A DNA stretch of 64,000 bases from Macrostomum lignano (GCA_002269645.1 NIVC01000419.1:496001-560000); one strand, 5' to 3'. Numbered from the stretch's first letter, positions 1 through 26,333 are shown. Program-made: numbers and translations. The notes: generated by a model not told the origin, from the letters alone.

Positions 1-120
1 AGAAGCTTGCCAATTGTCGTGGCGTCAATTTTCAAGGTTTCTGCCAAAGGCTAACCTAGTTTTAAATAACTAGTTAATAACTAGGTGTTCAACGGAAGAG
101 GACGCTAAATTGGCAGACAG

Positions 121-12563
<12,443 letters not shown>

Positions 12564-12599
12564 CGATAGAAATTTAACTCTACAGCTGGGAAAACCCCA

Positions 12600-13330
12600 G
12601 TTTCAATCCCCCCGAGACAATGTACATTCGCTCTAGGGCTGGGACAACCCCAGTTTCTCTTCCCCCCTCGAGACAATGTACATTCGCTCTAGGGCTGGGA
12701 CAACCCCAGTTTCTCTTCCCCTGAGGCAATGTACATTCGCTCTAGGGCTGGGACAACCCCAGTTTCTCTTCCCCTGAGGCAATTTGCATTTGCTCTAGGG
12801 CTGGGACAACCCCAGTTTCTCTTCCCCTGAGGCAATTTACATTTGCTCTAGGGCTGGGACAACCCCAGTTTCTCTTCCCCTGAGGCAATTTACATTTGCT
12901 CTAGGGCTGGGACAACCCCAATTTCTCTTCCCCTGAGGCAATGTACATTTGCTCTAGGGCTGGGACAACCCGTTTCTCTTCCCCTGAGGCAATACATTTG
13001 CTCTAGGGCTGGGACAACCCCAATTTCCCTTCCCCTGAGGCAATGTACATTTGCTCTAGGGCTGGGACAACCCCAATTTCTCTTCCCCTGAGGCAATGTA
13101 CATTCGCTCTAGGGCTGGGACAACCCCAGTTTCTCTTCCCCTGAGACAATGTACATTTGCTCTAGGGCTGGGACAACCCCAGTTTCTCTTCCCCTGAGAC
13201 AATGTACATTTGCTCTAGGGCTGGGACAACCCCAGTTTCTCTTCCCCTGAGACAATGTACATTCGCTCTAGGGCTGGGACAACCCCAGTTTCTCTTCCTC
13301 CCCCCCCCGAGACAATGTAGATTTGCTCTA
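12600..13330 (+). repeat. 53-bp tandem array just downstream of the RhoGAP stop
   Basis: CTGAGGC recurs at 12721, 12774 and 12827; unit has a small CTGGG..CCCAG hairpin; no unique spacers. Confidence 0.93.
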
Positions 13331-14114
13331 ATTTTCAAGATGTCAAGATGTTTTCAAGACTTCCACTCCCTATTGTGATTAGTTTATTGTACTAGCATTA
13401 ATTGACCCAGAAAATTGTGAAAAATTCATTCGCAGATCGCATCGTTTCTTTTCTCTTTGTTTTGTTACATGACGACTTTTAATCCGTTCCCGACCGACTA
13501 TATATGCGAGTATTAAACTGAAGCGTTTCATTATCATGATTAAAATGTGTATACAACATATATATATACCTACTTACCCATGTCACTACCAGCGTTAATA
13601 GTAGATTGCTGTGCCTATGCGTGCGTTTTTTCTGCGTAAATAAACTTGTGAAATTAAATTTTCGACATTTTCTGCAACAATGCAAACATCTCTTTATTCT
13701 GTTTTGTATACAGGTAATAATGATGTTTTTACTTACCTTCAGCTCAACTATTAAGGCTCTAAGCACGGTTCTCAGACAAGTAGTTTTGCACATTTTTATG
13801 CCTTACTCGTAATAGCATATTTAATTATTTAGAATAGCTTCGCTTTTTGGAATCTTTATACGCATATGCGTATCTTTTCTAAACATATTTTGCACTGCCC
13901 AGTTATAATGGCCTTTGTCTGAGCAGCGAAACGTGACAGAAATTCATTTAAAGATGGTGGCCTCAAACTTTACGATGTATAATTGTTTTATTTGCTCATT
14001 ATTGGACATTGTTAATGTGATCTTTATTAGCTATTGTCTGTTATAGTTGCCAGCTCTTTTTATACAAGAAGCTGTTTCTTTCGCTTGAATTTTATCATTG
14101 CCTGTTTGTTATGG

Positions 14115-15320
14115 CACATACCTCCCTCCCCCAATGTACACCAGCTAGCCCCAGCCATACCTCCCTCCCCCAATGTACACCAGCTAGCCCCAGCCATACC
14201 TCCCTCCCCCAATGTACACCAGCTAGCCCCAGCCATACCTCCCTCCCCCAATGTACACCAGCTAGCCCCAGCCATACCACCCTCCCCCAATGTACACCAG
14301 CTAGCCCCAGCCATACCTCCCTCCCCCAATGTACACCAGCTAGCCCCAGCCATACCTCCCTCCCCCAATGTACACCAGCTAGCCCCAGCCATACCACCCT
14401 CCCCCAATGTACACCAGCTAGCCCCAGCCATACCTCCCTTACCCAATGTACACCAGCTAGCCCCAGCCATACCTCCCTCCCCCAATGTACACCAGCTAGC
14501 CCCAGCCATACCTCCCTCCCCCAATGTACACCAGCTAGCCCCAGCCATACCTCCCTCCCCCAATGTACACCAGCTAGCTCCAGCCATACCACCCTTACCC
14601 AATGTACACCAGCTAGCCCCAGCCATACCTCCCTCCCCCAATGTACACCAGCTAGCCCCAGCCATACCTCCCTCCCCCAATGTACACCAGCTAGCCCCAG
14701 CCATACCTCCCTCCCCCAATGTACACCAGCTAGCCCCAGCCATACCTCCCTCCCCCAATGTACACCAGCTAGCCCCAGCCATACCTCCCTCCCCCAATGT
14801 ACACCAGCTAGCCCCAGCCATACCTCCCTCCCCCAATGTACACCAGCTAGCCCCAGCCATACCTCCCTCCCCCAATGTACACCAGCTAGCTCCAGCCATA
14901 CCACCCTTACCCAATGTACACCAGCTAGCCCCAGCCATACCACCCTTACCCAATGTACACCAGCTAGCCCCAGCCATACCACCCTTACCCAATGTACACC
15001 AGCTAGCCCCAGCCATACCACCCTCCCCCAATGTACACCAGTCACCAGCTAGCCCCAGCCATACCTCCCTCCCCCAATGTACACCAGCTGGCCCCAGCCA
15101 TACCTCCCTTCCCCAATGTACACCAGCTAGCCCCAGCCATATGATAAACCTCCCTTCCCCAATGTACACCAGCTAGCCCCAGCCATATGATAAACCTCCC
15201 TTCCCCAATGTACACCAGCTAGCCCCAGCCATATGATAAACCTCCCTTCCCCAATGTACACCAGCTAGCCCCAGCCATATGATAAACCTCCCTTCCCCAA
15301 TGTACACTAGCTAGCCCGGC
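14115..15320 (+). repeat. 39-bp tandem array (CATACCTCCCTCCCCCAATGTACACCAGCTAGCCCCAGC)
   Basis: 13-aa periodicity in all frames of the ORF track; a variant unit takes over near 15130. Confidence 0.95.
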
Positions 15321-16619
15321 CATGATCGATGTTTCCTAGCTCGTATTTCCCGTTTTTTTATTAATTCGAATTAAAGTGCTTCTAACGTTGAATACATAAT
15401 TTTTTGTTGATTTCATTGCGTCATCAAACCTTGATTTTTTAATTGTCTTCCTTTGCTATATTTAGTAACAAATTTATTTTAGTAGTTAAATTTGCCTGAA
15501 CCTAAATTTTTATTTAATCTGCAATTTTACCCGATGCCATACATACATCTCTTGTGATAACCTTTCTCACTACTCATTCTCACTACAACTCTCTTTGTAA
15601 ACCTCGGCGGGTAAGCTTGTACTGTACAATAATTTAATATAAATTTCTTTTTTTGTACACACCTCTGTTACTACTGCTGCTAATACTACTATTATGGCTA
15701 CTGCTGCGCTATTTAAGTACTACACGTACTTTTCCAATCGCAAAACCCTAGCAGAATAATTAGCATGTTCCATTACTAATTGTAGTAGGTGAGTAAATTC
15801 GTATATACAAATAAATATATATATAATATCCTATATATACAAAGCTAACGATTATACTGCTTGCAGAATGCATTTCAGTGCACCTTAAAATTATGAAACA
15901 CTTTATTGTTCGATTTCTTTTTTAAGCGAAACAGTCAAAAATATATTTATTCAAAAGTACATCACATGCATCCATCTGTATATTTATTTTTTTAAAACTG
16001 TGCAACTTGGCCTTCGCGGATTAAAAACCAACAGTGCATCTCGTACTTTTAGTTTTATTATTATTAATTAAGCACCAAAAATAGATATTTATATGGCGTC
16101 TGAATATGCAAAATTTCTTGAATACCATAATTTAATAATTTGTCAACTAAAAACCTGGAATGTCAATGTCAGAAATACGCATTTGGGTGCTCAGCTGACA
16201 ACAAAGGCTCTCTGAAAGAAGGAAGCAATGCAATTTTACAAGCAAGCAGAGTGGTAATAAAAACAGAAGAGATGCAGAAAAAGTTCTATGAAAAAAAAGA
16301 AATAGTGTTGGTCCAAAATTGTCTTCGTCATAAAGGTATAAAAAGGGTAATTAAAATACTTGCTCTGTAAAGTCTTAATTGTCTGTCTATATTTTTTTAA
16401 TTTTCGTGCAATATTTTAAAATATCCATGATGTAATAGCTCTGAACAATAGCAATGTTTTTAAGAGTATAATCGTAAATCGTTAAAATATAGTGTGCAAT
16501 TGCTATGCAGTGTAATGCTTCTATCTAACTTTGTTTGAATCCTCATTCGTCGCTACACCTCATTGTGTAGAGGCTACTACACACAGCCAGCTCACTTTTC
16601 TGTCAATATACTCAGGCTA

Positions 16620-17380
16620 CAAAGACTCCCACCTCACTCCCTTCCCTCAATGTACGCAGGCTACAAACAGAAAACTCACTCCCTCCACTCTATGTACGCA
16701 GGCTAAACAGACCTCCACCTCACTCCCTCCACTCTATGTACGCCGACTACAAACAGACCCCCACCTCACTCCCTCTACTCTATGTACGCAGGCTACAAAC
16801 AGACCTCCACCTCACTCCCTCCACTCTTTGTACGCAAGCTACAAACAGACCCCCACCTCACTCCCTCTACTCTATGTACGCAAGCTACAAACAACCCCCA
16901 CCTCACTCCCTCCACTCTATGTACGCAAGCTACAAACAGACCCCCACCTCACTCCCTCCACTCTATGTACGCAGACTACAAAGACCCCCACCTCACTACC
17001 TCCACTCTATGTACGCAGACTACAAACAGACCCCCACCTCACTCCCTCTACTCTATGTACGCAGACTACAAACAGACCCCCACCTCACTCCCTCTACTCT
17101 ATGTACGCAGGCTACAAACAGACCTCTACCTCACTCCCTCCACTCTTTGTACGCAAGCTACAAACAACCCCCACCTCACTCCCTCCACTCTATGTACGCA
17201 AGCTACAAACAACCCCCACCTCACTCCCTCCACTCTATGTACGCAGGCTACAAAGACCCCCACCTCACTCCCTCCACTCTATGTACGCAGGCTACAAACA
17301 GACCCCCACCTCACTCCCTCCACTCTATGTACACAGGCTACAAACAAAACCCCACCTCACTCCCTTCTCTCGATGTACGC
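16620..17380 (+). repeat. ~46-bp tandem array (43-46 bp variants) downstream of the SH3 gene
   Basis: TCTATGTACGCAGGCTACAAACAGACCCCCACCTCACTCCCTCCAC unit read directly. Confidence 0.93.
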
Positions 17381-17554
17381 AGGCCGCACGCTCACCTCGC
17401 TCCTCAACACTGACACCGACTCGTAAGAGCAACAAATCAAACGTTTGTAAAAATGAGCAAATTATCCTAACGAAAAAGACATATTTATGCTCTTGAGATA
17501 TTATAGTTTAAACAACCTCAATAGAAAAAGTTCCTACTAGAAAAAACCAGCCAC

Positions 17555-20500
17555 TTAAAGCAGTTGCACAAATGATTTAGGAAAAATTCCTCTAACAGGG
17601 CCGCCTGCCCGCCCGCGCACTGTGCCGGCCAGCCATTCGGCGTTGACCTCAGCCACAGCGGTGACAATATCGCCGGCTCCAAATGTCAATTCGTCCTCCG
17701 CACGGCCAACAAAATCGTACAGAGCTTTGGCAGTTCTACCAGCCGATATCTGGCGGCTTAGTGTCCTTTGCTGTCGAACTTCAGTTTTATTATTATTAGT
17801 CGATTGACTATGCTCGCTACTAACAGTAGCCTTAGTAGCATTCTTGTTGTCTCGATTAGTAACAAAATTAGCCGGAAATATGCCCTCCTGGCCGACGAAT
17901 TCTGGCGCTAATGCCGATTCAATTATTCGACCGCGTAGCCATTCGCCACCCGGCAGCTCTTCGACGATGCCGATTTTGTCGCCGACTCGAAGCGGCAAAT
18001 CGCCGACTTGTTGAGCAGGGAATTCGTGCGCCGCTTCGGCTTGGTATAGAAACGACTGCTGCCTTTGAATTGGGCTGGTCGGTTTCGGGGTTGGGGTCGG
18101 TTTCGGGGTTGGGGTCGGTTTCGGGGTTGGGGTCGGTTTCGGGATTAGATTCGGTTTCGGATTCGGGGTCGGATTCAATGTAGGCTTCAGTGCTGCATTC
18201 GGATTCGGTTTCGGCTTCGGTTTCGGTTTCGGCGGTGGTGGCGGCTTTTGCTGGAGCAGCTGCACGTGATTGGATGGAAACAAGCCAATCCGGTCCGTGC
18301 CTGCCAGACGGCCCTCCATCCAATCAGAGTCGACCTCGCGGATATGGGTGATGATCTGCAATGATTTAGGGAAGGTGGAAGAGAACTCTTGAGACTGACA
18401 CAGAAATCCTATAAAGAGATTGATAGGAATCTCAGCCATGAGATTTGGAAACAAGCAGGAATCTCACTCATGAGATTTGGAAACAAACAGGAATCTCAGC
18501 CATGAGATTTGGAAACAAACATGAATCCAGCCATGATATTTAGAAACAAACAGGAATCTCAGCCATGAGATTTGGAAATACAAATAAGAATCTTAGCCAT
18601 GAGATTTGGAAATACAAATAATAATCTCAGTCATGAGATTTGGAAACAGACAGGAATCTCAGCCATGAGATTTGGAAACAAACAGGAATCTCAACCATGA
18701 GATTTGGAAACAGTCATGAATCTCATACATGAGATTTGGAAATACAAATAATAATCTGTCATGTGATTTGGAAACAAACAGGAATCTCAGCCATGAGATT
18801 TAGAAACAAACAGGAATCTCAGCCATGAGATTAAACAACCCGGGACCAGAACCTCGCCCAGCTTCACCAGTCGGCAGTTTACCTGATTAGCTGAGAAGCT
18901 CAGATCACCGGGATGACTGGTCTCATAGGCGTACAAGGCCCGGGCAGTTGGGGCTCCGCCGGCGCCTATAGGCTTGGGCTTGGGCTTGGGTTTTGGCGGC
19001 ATGGGACCACCAGGATTCGCAGCTGGCTGCTGCTGCTGCTGCTGACGGGTAGCCGCCGCTGAAGCCGCTGCGGCCGCCGCTGCCGCCGCCATGGCAGCCA
19101 CAGCCGGTGCAGGAGCGGCAGAATGCTGCTGCGACTCGTCATCAGCAGCCGGTTGGGATAACAGCAGGGATGAGCGCTGCTTTATATGCGGCCGGTGCTG
19201 CTGCTGCTTCTGCTGCTGTGGCTCCAATGGCCAATCGTTCAGCATTGACTGAGCAGTTGAAGCAGCGGCCGGCGGATCAGGCCGAGAAGGAGGCTGGTAG
19301 CTTGAGGATGATGAAGCATCGCCAACGTATTGCCTGCAAAGAGAGCAAAAGTGATGCCGGGTTGGAGACCCCAGATGTTTCACATAAGAGACCTCAGATG
19401 CTTCAGATAGGAGACCTCAGATGCTTCAGATAGGAGACCTCAGATGCTTCAGATAGGAGACCTCAGATGCTTCAGATAGAAGACCTCAGATGCTTCACAT
19501 AAGAGACCTCAGATGCTTCAGATAGGAGACCTCAGATGCTTCAGATAAGAGACTTCAGATGCTTCAGATAAGAGACCTCAGATGCTTCAGATAGGAGACC
19601 TCAGATGCTTTAGATAGGACACCTCAGATGCTTCAGATAGAAGACCTCAGATGGTCCAGATAGGAGACTTCAGATGCTTCAGAATCCAGATAGGAGACCT
19701 CAGATGCTTCAGATAGAAGACCTCAGATGCTCCACATAGGAGACCTCAGATGCTTCAGATAGAAGACCTCAGATGCTTCAGATAGAAGACCTCAGATGCT
19801 TCAGATAGGAGACCTCAGATGCTTCAGATAGGAGACATCAGATGCTCCACATAGGAGACCTCAGATGCTTCAGATAGGAGACCTCAGATGCTTCAGATAG
19901 AAGACCTCAGATGCTTCAGATAGGAGACCTCAGATGCTTCAGATAGGAGACATCAGATGCTCCACATAGGAGACCTCAGATGCTTCAGATAGGAGACCTC
20001 AGATGCTTCAGATAGGAAACCTCAGATGCTTCAGATACGAAACCTCAGACGTTAAAGGTCAATGAATCCGGTGCATCAGGGTAATAAAACTCCCCAACAG
20101 CCATTCTCACCTGGGCACCAGTCCAGTGGCCCCCGTATCGGAGTGCCTGCCAAAATACCAGTTATCATCCTCCTGTCGCAGCACGTGAATCTGATCGCCC
20201 CGGCGCATAGTCAGAATGCCGGGCTCCGGCGGCTCCAACAGGTCGTACAGAGCCACCACCTGCTGCTGTCGTTGTTGCAGGATTTTTGGCGGCTGGCTTG
20301 GCCTTGGCGGCGGAATTTTGCCCGATTTCTGCTTTTGCTGAGGCTGCTGCTGTTGTGCGACTGAAAGCATCCGGTTGCCTGCGAGACAGTCGACGCTGCT
20401 GTACCTGGGAAAGTCAGAGTTGTGGATAACTTTGATTCAGAGAAGTACAACGGATTTTACATGCTTCAGGAACAGATGATTCAGAAAGAAAACACTTTAA

Positions 20501-21442
20501 ATTGTTTATGACAAGAATAGAGCACTTCAGATGATTCAGGAAAACAATACTTCAGACGATTCAGAAAGAGAAGACTTAAGATGATTCAGGAAAACAGCAC
20601 TTTAGATGATTCAGGAAAACAATACTTCAGACGATTCAGAAAGAGAAGACTTAAGATGATTCAGGAAAACAGCACTTTAGATGATTCAGGAAAACAATAC
20701 TTCAGACGATTCAGAAAGAGAAGACTTAAGATGATTCAGGAAAACAGCACTTCAGATGATTCAGGACAGGAAGAGAGCACTTCAGATGATTCAGGACAAC
20801 AGCACTTAAGATGATTCAGGAAGACAACACTTTAGATGATTCAGGAAGACAACCCTTCAGATGATTCAGGAAAACAGCAATTTAGATGATTCAGGATGAC
20901 AACACTTGAGACGATCCAGGACAGGAAGTGAGCACTTCAGATGATTCAGGACAACAGCACTTAAGATGATTCAGGAAGACAACCCTTCAGATGATTCAGG
21001 AAGACAACCCTTCAGATGATTCAGGAAAACAGCAATTTAGATGATTCAGGATGACAACACTTGAGATGATTCAGGACAGGAAGTGAGCACTTGAGATGAT
21101 TCAGGAAGATGAATTTTAGAGGACTTTTATAGGACTTCAATAACTCAATAACTCAACAAACAGTTGTTAATGTATAATAGTTACCAACCTATTGTGCAGA
21201 CTGCCATCTCCAGATCTCAGTATAATAGGCTTAGCAGGCGCCTCTGTCTGCTGACTGGATTGATAGCTATGCTGATGCGACTGCGCCGAGGCCATAGCCA
21301 GAGTGCTATGCCGGTTGCCAGGCTGATTTTCTGCAGCGCTAGAATCGAACTCATCATCTCGCATTGGCCTGGCGTCCAGCCTAACAATGGCCAAGTCTCG
21401 CACGCTGCGTGCCTTGCGTAGTGAACTCATTTGGCTGAGCAT
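17555..21442 (-). CDS. Proline-rich adaptor with four SH3 domains (SH3D19/Eve-1-like), 4 coding exons, 599 aa
   Basis: Exons 21442-21189, 20404-20111, 19333-18883, 18355-17555; phases match, sum 1800 nt. SH3 signatures: VVALYD..WYFG..GLVPRQYV (across intron 2), ARALYAYE..WMEG..GLFPSNHV (across intron 3), AEAAHEF..WLRG..GIFPANFV, AKALYDF..WLAG..GIFPKSFV. Orthology to SH3D19 is inferred from architecture only. Confidence 0.85.
18400..18830 (+). repeat. 32-bp tandem array (GAGATTTGGAAACAAACAGGAATCTCAGCCAT), SH3 gene intron 3
   Basis: Read directly. Confidence 0.92.
19372..20047 (+). repeat. 23-bp tandem array (CTTCAGATAGGAGACCTCAGATG), SH3 gene intron 2
   Basis: Copies at 19401 and 19424. Confidence 0.94.
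20470..21110 (+). repeat. ~25-bp tandem array (AGATGATTCAGGAAAACAGCACTTT) with a 75-bp higher-order unit, SH3 gene intron 1
   Basis: A(T/C)GATTC at 20581, 20606, 20631 and 20656. Confidence 0.92.
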
Positions 21443-21900
21443 GCAACAGGTTTTTTATTGATTATGATTCTTAGACTTGCCAAGTAACCACTGGAGAGTA
21501 GTTATGGCTTTCTTTATAGGCCTGAATACTTCATCATTTAACTCAAAAAGTAAAACAGCTGACGTAATAAATAATTTCTATGCCAATTTCTATTTTTAGT
21601 GTCATAGTATTTATTTAAATGATATATTAACTTTCATTTTTACATTCTTGAATTTAGAATTTGGACTATTTTGATGCTAGATAAAATTTAGATTAAATTG
21701 CTGAAATATCATGGCTTGAGTTGAATTGCTGAGATGTCAAGACTTACTAGGGGAATTGCTGAGGATTGCTGAGAAGTGAAATTTGTGCCCAGAGCGGCAA
21801 ACAATCTTTTTGGTTCTGAGGCAGCAATTCGCCTGACAAAACTAAATAAGCTAAGTTGCTAAACGCCTTCCTCATTTGTTGAAATTAAGAGCAAATGCTC

Positions 21901-22166
21901 ATTGGCTAGGTAGAAATTACAAAGAGCACAAGACAAATAGTCTAAAAGCCAATAGTGTTAATGCGGAGTAGAGGTGTGGGGAGCCAACTGACAAAGGAGA
22001 AATATCGCAATAGGATTATTCAAATTGAATAGCCAATGGGAAGTCATATATGACAAGAGCAAATCCGTAATAAGAAACTGAAATTCACTGGGCAACCTCA
22101 ATCTATTGGAGGGCGCTACTTTAGGACTTAGTCAACCCCCTCCTAGCTAAACAGTGTCTTGCCAAT
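21901..22166. promoter_or_regulatory. Cluster of CCAAT boxes upstream of the SH3 gene
   Basis: ATTGGCT 21901, AGCCAAT 21947 and 22031, ATTGG 22105, GCCAAT 22161. Function is inferred. Confidence 0.3.
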
Positions 22167-22257
22167 TGGGCACTGCGCACTACTAGGGCAATCCATATTC
22201 ACATGAGAGCCCATAGTCCCAACTTTCCAATATCATGATTTTAGTAGGCTATAATGA

Positions 22258-25146
22258 CTCGGCACGATGAACTGCCGAACTCTGAAGGCCCCCTGGCGTC
22301 GCACCATCCTTGTCCAGCTGGCCCACGACCTACAGCTGGACCTCGTCTCACTGCAGGAGGTCTCTATCGTGGCTGAGCCGGGGCTCCACTCTGAGGACCT
22401 CGGAGCCGGCTGGAGCCTCCTGTACACGTCGGCAGACAACCGCGGCCGAGGCGGTGTCGGCGTACTGATCGGACCGCGCCTCCGGCAGAGCGTGCACTGC
22501 ATCTCGCTGTCCCCGCGACTGATGCGGGTCGACCTGCAACTGCGCGCCAGCTGCATCCGGCTGTTCTGCGCGTATGCACCCACCGCTGCTCACCCCGAGG
22601 AGGCGCGTGCCTTCTTCGACTTCCTGGCTGGGCAGCTGGAAGAGGTGCCAAACCGCGACACGCTGGCAGTGCTCGGAGACCTGAACGCAGTCCCGCGGAG
22701 GTCCGAGCGCTCGCCCTTTGTCGCGGGACGCGAGAACGCCAACACCGATGCGCTGGAGGACCTGCTTGACCGGCTGGACCTGGTGTCCGCGAACACCCAG
22801 TTCCGCAAGCCCCCTGCCCGCCTGGTCACCTTTGCGGGCTGCAAGAGAAGGCGGCGGAACGCACGCGGGCGGAATGCCACGAGGAGACTGGCGCAACTCG
22901 ATCATGCGCTGGTTCGCACTCGCGAGCGCCGCCGCGTCACCAACTGCGACACCATGGCTCCGCTGGCTCTCCGGTCAGACCACCGACTCCTGATCTGCGA
23001 CTTGCGGCTCCGCGACCAGCTCTACCGACCGCCAAAGCAGCGGCCACGGCGCTACTATCGCGCACTGTTGGACACCCACGTAAAGCGTCAATTCGCGGGT
23101 GCCTTCGTCAGCGCGCTTGGAGACCAGCGCGAGGCGGAGTATTCCGACATCAGCACCGCCGTTAGAGCTGCTGCAGAGCAGACGGTCCCGCTGATGCGGC
23201 CAGCGCAAAAATCGTTGCCTGTCTGGCAGAGCGACCCCACCATCAGGCAGGCGCGGCTCAACATCGAGCGACTCCGCAGAAACCGGAGGCCCACAGGCGA
23301 AGCTGAAGACGCATTTGAGCGCCTTCTTGACGAGCGGCAGCAGGCCGCTGTCGACGACGCCATTAGGTCCATCACTGCAGCCGGCCCCGACGTGAAGAGC
23401 CGCGCAGTGTGGACGGCCGTCCGGACTCTGACGGGGCGCAAAAAGCGCGTGGCGCTGAATCTGGCCGGCGACACTCCGGAGGAGCGCAGGAATGAATTGC
23501 GCGACTTCTTTGCCGGCATCGTGAACGCGCCCGCATCGCCGCTGCCCGCCAGCTTTGCGCTCCCACTGGACACGCCGCTCCCAGCTGAGGAGGACTTCTG
23601 CACCAGACCAGTCACCACGGAGGACGTTGTGCTGTTCGCTCGGAAAACATCAGGCGGCAAGGCGCTCGGCCCCGACGAAGGAAGTGGCCTCCCAGGTCAC
23701 AGGCGTCATGAACCGCGTGCTCGCCGGCGCTCCTGCGCCCACCGAGTGGACCGTCGCGCACATCGTGCCAATCCCGAAGAAGGCAGGGACAACGCGGAAA
23801 GAAGACCACCGCGGGATCTCGCTGATGTCCTGCACCGCGAAGCTCTTCAACCGGCTGCTGCTCGATCGTCTCCAGTCGGTGCTGGACCCGTACCTGCGGT
23901 ACGAGCAGAACGGATTCCGGCCGCAACGCGGTACAGTGACACAGATCCTCGCACTCCGCCGTGTCATCGAGGAGGCGCGCATTCGCCAGTCTACGCTGAT
24001 CATTGTCTTCGTTGACTTCCGAAAGGCGTTTGACTCGGTGTTGAGAGCCGCTCTCCCCTTCGTCCTTCGAGCCTACCGGGTGCCCCAGCAGCTAATCGAC
24101 GCTGTCATGGCGCTGTATTGCGATACTCGAGCTGCTGTGGTGACGGCGGACGGCCTGTCTGACCTGTTCGACACCTCATCAGGAGTTCTGCAGGGAGACA
24201 CCTTGGCGCCGTTCCTCTTCGTGCTGCTGCTGGACTGGGTGCTTCGGACCGCACTCCCCTCGGCTAATGACGGCTTCCTGCTGCGCAGACGCATCGGTCG
24301 CCGCCACGGCGAAAAGCGCCTAAGCGTGCTTGGGTACGCCGACGACCTCGCCCTCCTGTCCTCGTCTGTTGGAGGCGCCCAACGCCAGATCGACAGGTTG
24401 GTCGAGGTAGCATCGAGCGTCGGTCTGGTTGTCAACACGCTAAAGACCGAGGTGCTGACTGTGCCGGCCAACATCCCAGCAGACCTGACATGCCGCGGCG
24501 CAGACGGGCAGACGACCAGGCTCGCACGCTGCCAGCGGTTCACCTACCTCGGCGGTCTGGTGCCCCACGTGGAAGAAGACCTCCGGCGGCGCAGAGGACT
24601 TGCCTGGGCGGCCTTTCGTTCGATCCGAGCCGTCCTCCAGTCCGAAGCGCTGCCCGACCGCCAGAGGGCTCGGCTGTGGCAGGCGGTGGTCGAAACCGTC
24701 CTGCTCTACAACGCCGAGACGTGGACGCTGACGGCTACGTTGGAGCGGCAGCTGGACTCGGCGCACTCAGGGCTGCTCTGTGCGGCCTTTCGAGCTGACG
24801 AGAGCGTCGGGACCGAGGCCCTGTACGATCGGGCCAAGCTGCAGCGCCCGTCCACCATCCTGCGCCGACGGCGACTCCAACTGGCGGGCCACATGATCCG
24901 GGCCGAGGGCTACTGCCTCCAACCCGTTCAGGGTGTCCTGCTGCTCACCTTGCAGGGCCCGTTCAGGCGGGGTCAGGCCTGAACCCGTCGATACGTGGAC
25001 TGCCTGCTGTGCGACACTGGGGTGCCCGACACTGCCAACGGAGCGGATTTCGTTCGCTCCCAGGCTCTGCGGCACGCTATCTGACGCGCCCTGCTCTAAC
25101 TGACTTTGCTTGCGGGGCCGAGTATTTTGTTGTTGTTGTTGTTGTT
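22258..25146 (+). mobile_element. Non-LTR retrotransposon (RTE-like LINE, APE endonuclease + RT), 5'-truncated and disabled
   Basis: Endonuclease motifs GTMNCRTL, LQEV, GDLNA, LDHAL, SDHRL. RT motifs GPDE, RGISLM, QNGFRP, DFRKAFDSV, QGDTLAPFLF, YADD, YLG. Frameshift near 23680, premature TGA 24980-24982, frame continues to TGA 25082-25084, (TTG)n tail 25127-25146. No TSD found. Confidence 0.92.
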
Positions 25147-25320
25147 AGCACCCCGGTACGCTGGATCAGCATCTTTGATCATAATTCGCTCTATGTCACT
25201 CAAATAACTATAACTAATTTTTGACTAATAAACTTGTGGATAAACTTAATAAAGCCTTAATTAATTTGCTAATTAACTTGTAGCATCCACTAACTGAAGC
25301 ATTCGCTTTAGTCTATATTA

Positions 25321-25754
25321 AGTCATTTGCCCATGGGGCATAAAACAACCAAAAGTTCTCATCTCAAAGAAAGCTCTGAGAATTCAACGTTTTGTAATAT
25401 GCAAATTTTGGTGGTGGCAGCTTTACGCTACTGAAAGTAAGCAGTTCAGCGATTTCAATGCATAATTTCTACAGTGTCAAAAGCTCCAGTGTATACCATC
25501 TGAATGACTGTGCCACTCTAACGACCACTCTGCTACAATCACAACTACCTTCCCCCCGGACTTGAGGAACCCGGCAGTTGGAGTAACAAAGGAGAAAAGC
25601 GTCCAATTTATTCTGTGAAATTTTCCGGCTTTATGAGTGCCGAGATCACGAAGGTGGCAATTCAAACGTGGAAGCTGCCCCATCTCACTGGTGTTGTCAG
25701 CTAATTTCAAAACTACCCATTCCAAGAAAAATCTTTTCTCCCCCACCTCATAAT
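25321..25754 (+). repeat. Dispersed repeat, copy A (homologous to 59872-60285)
   Basis: Colinear shared blocks AGTCATTTGCC..GGGGC.TAAAA.AACC, CTCAAAGAAAGCTC.GAG, GGTGGTGGCAGC, ACTGAAAGTAA, CCCCGGACTTGAG..AACCCGGC, CCCCACCTCA. Confidence 0.85.
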
Positions 25755-26333
25755 CCTGGTGGCAGCTACCAACTTAACAAGAACACTTAAAGATTAGTTA
25801 GCCCTAGCACAGCTTGGTGATATAATGGTGAGATATTATTAAGAAGGAAGCAATTCCTACGACAACTTTGGTATCAATGGTCGAGATTTTCATAAAAAGC
25901 CAAAACGCCTATAACAACTTGGTGACTTAGTAATAGGATTTACAAGAGAGAACAAGAACCACTGTTATAACTTTGGTGGCATTTAGTGGGATTAAAATTG
26001 ATAAAGACAGAGGAATAACCCCTGTTACAATTTATTGAACAAAACTTGACAATTGCCTTGAATTAGGGGGCCTAGTCAATAGCATAGCATATTAAGCTTG
26101 CCTTAAGGTTAATTGAATTTGTCTACAGAGTTAGGCCTTTAAAATTAGATATTGATGAATTTGGTGGCACCTACTAGATTGATAATAAAAAAATCTATTG
26201 TATTAATTATAGGTATAACATTAACAATAATCAAAATGAATGAATTACAATTATAAGCATAACATTAATATTAGCTTAGGCCTTATCACTGAATAGGCCT
26301 AATAAAAACATTACCAAAATTCTAAAGAGCCTA

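Noticed and set aside
12600-13330. 53-bp repeat with internal hairpin resembling a CRISPR array
   Set aside because: Units are head-to-tail with no unique spacers, there are no cas genes, and the context is eukaryotic.
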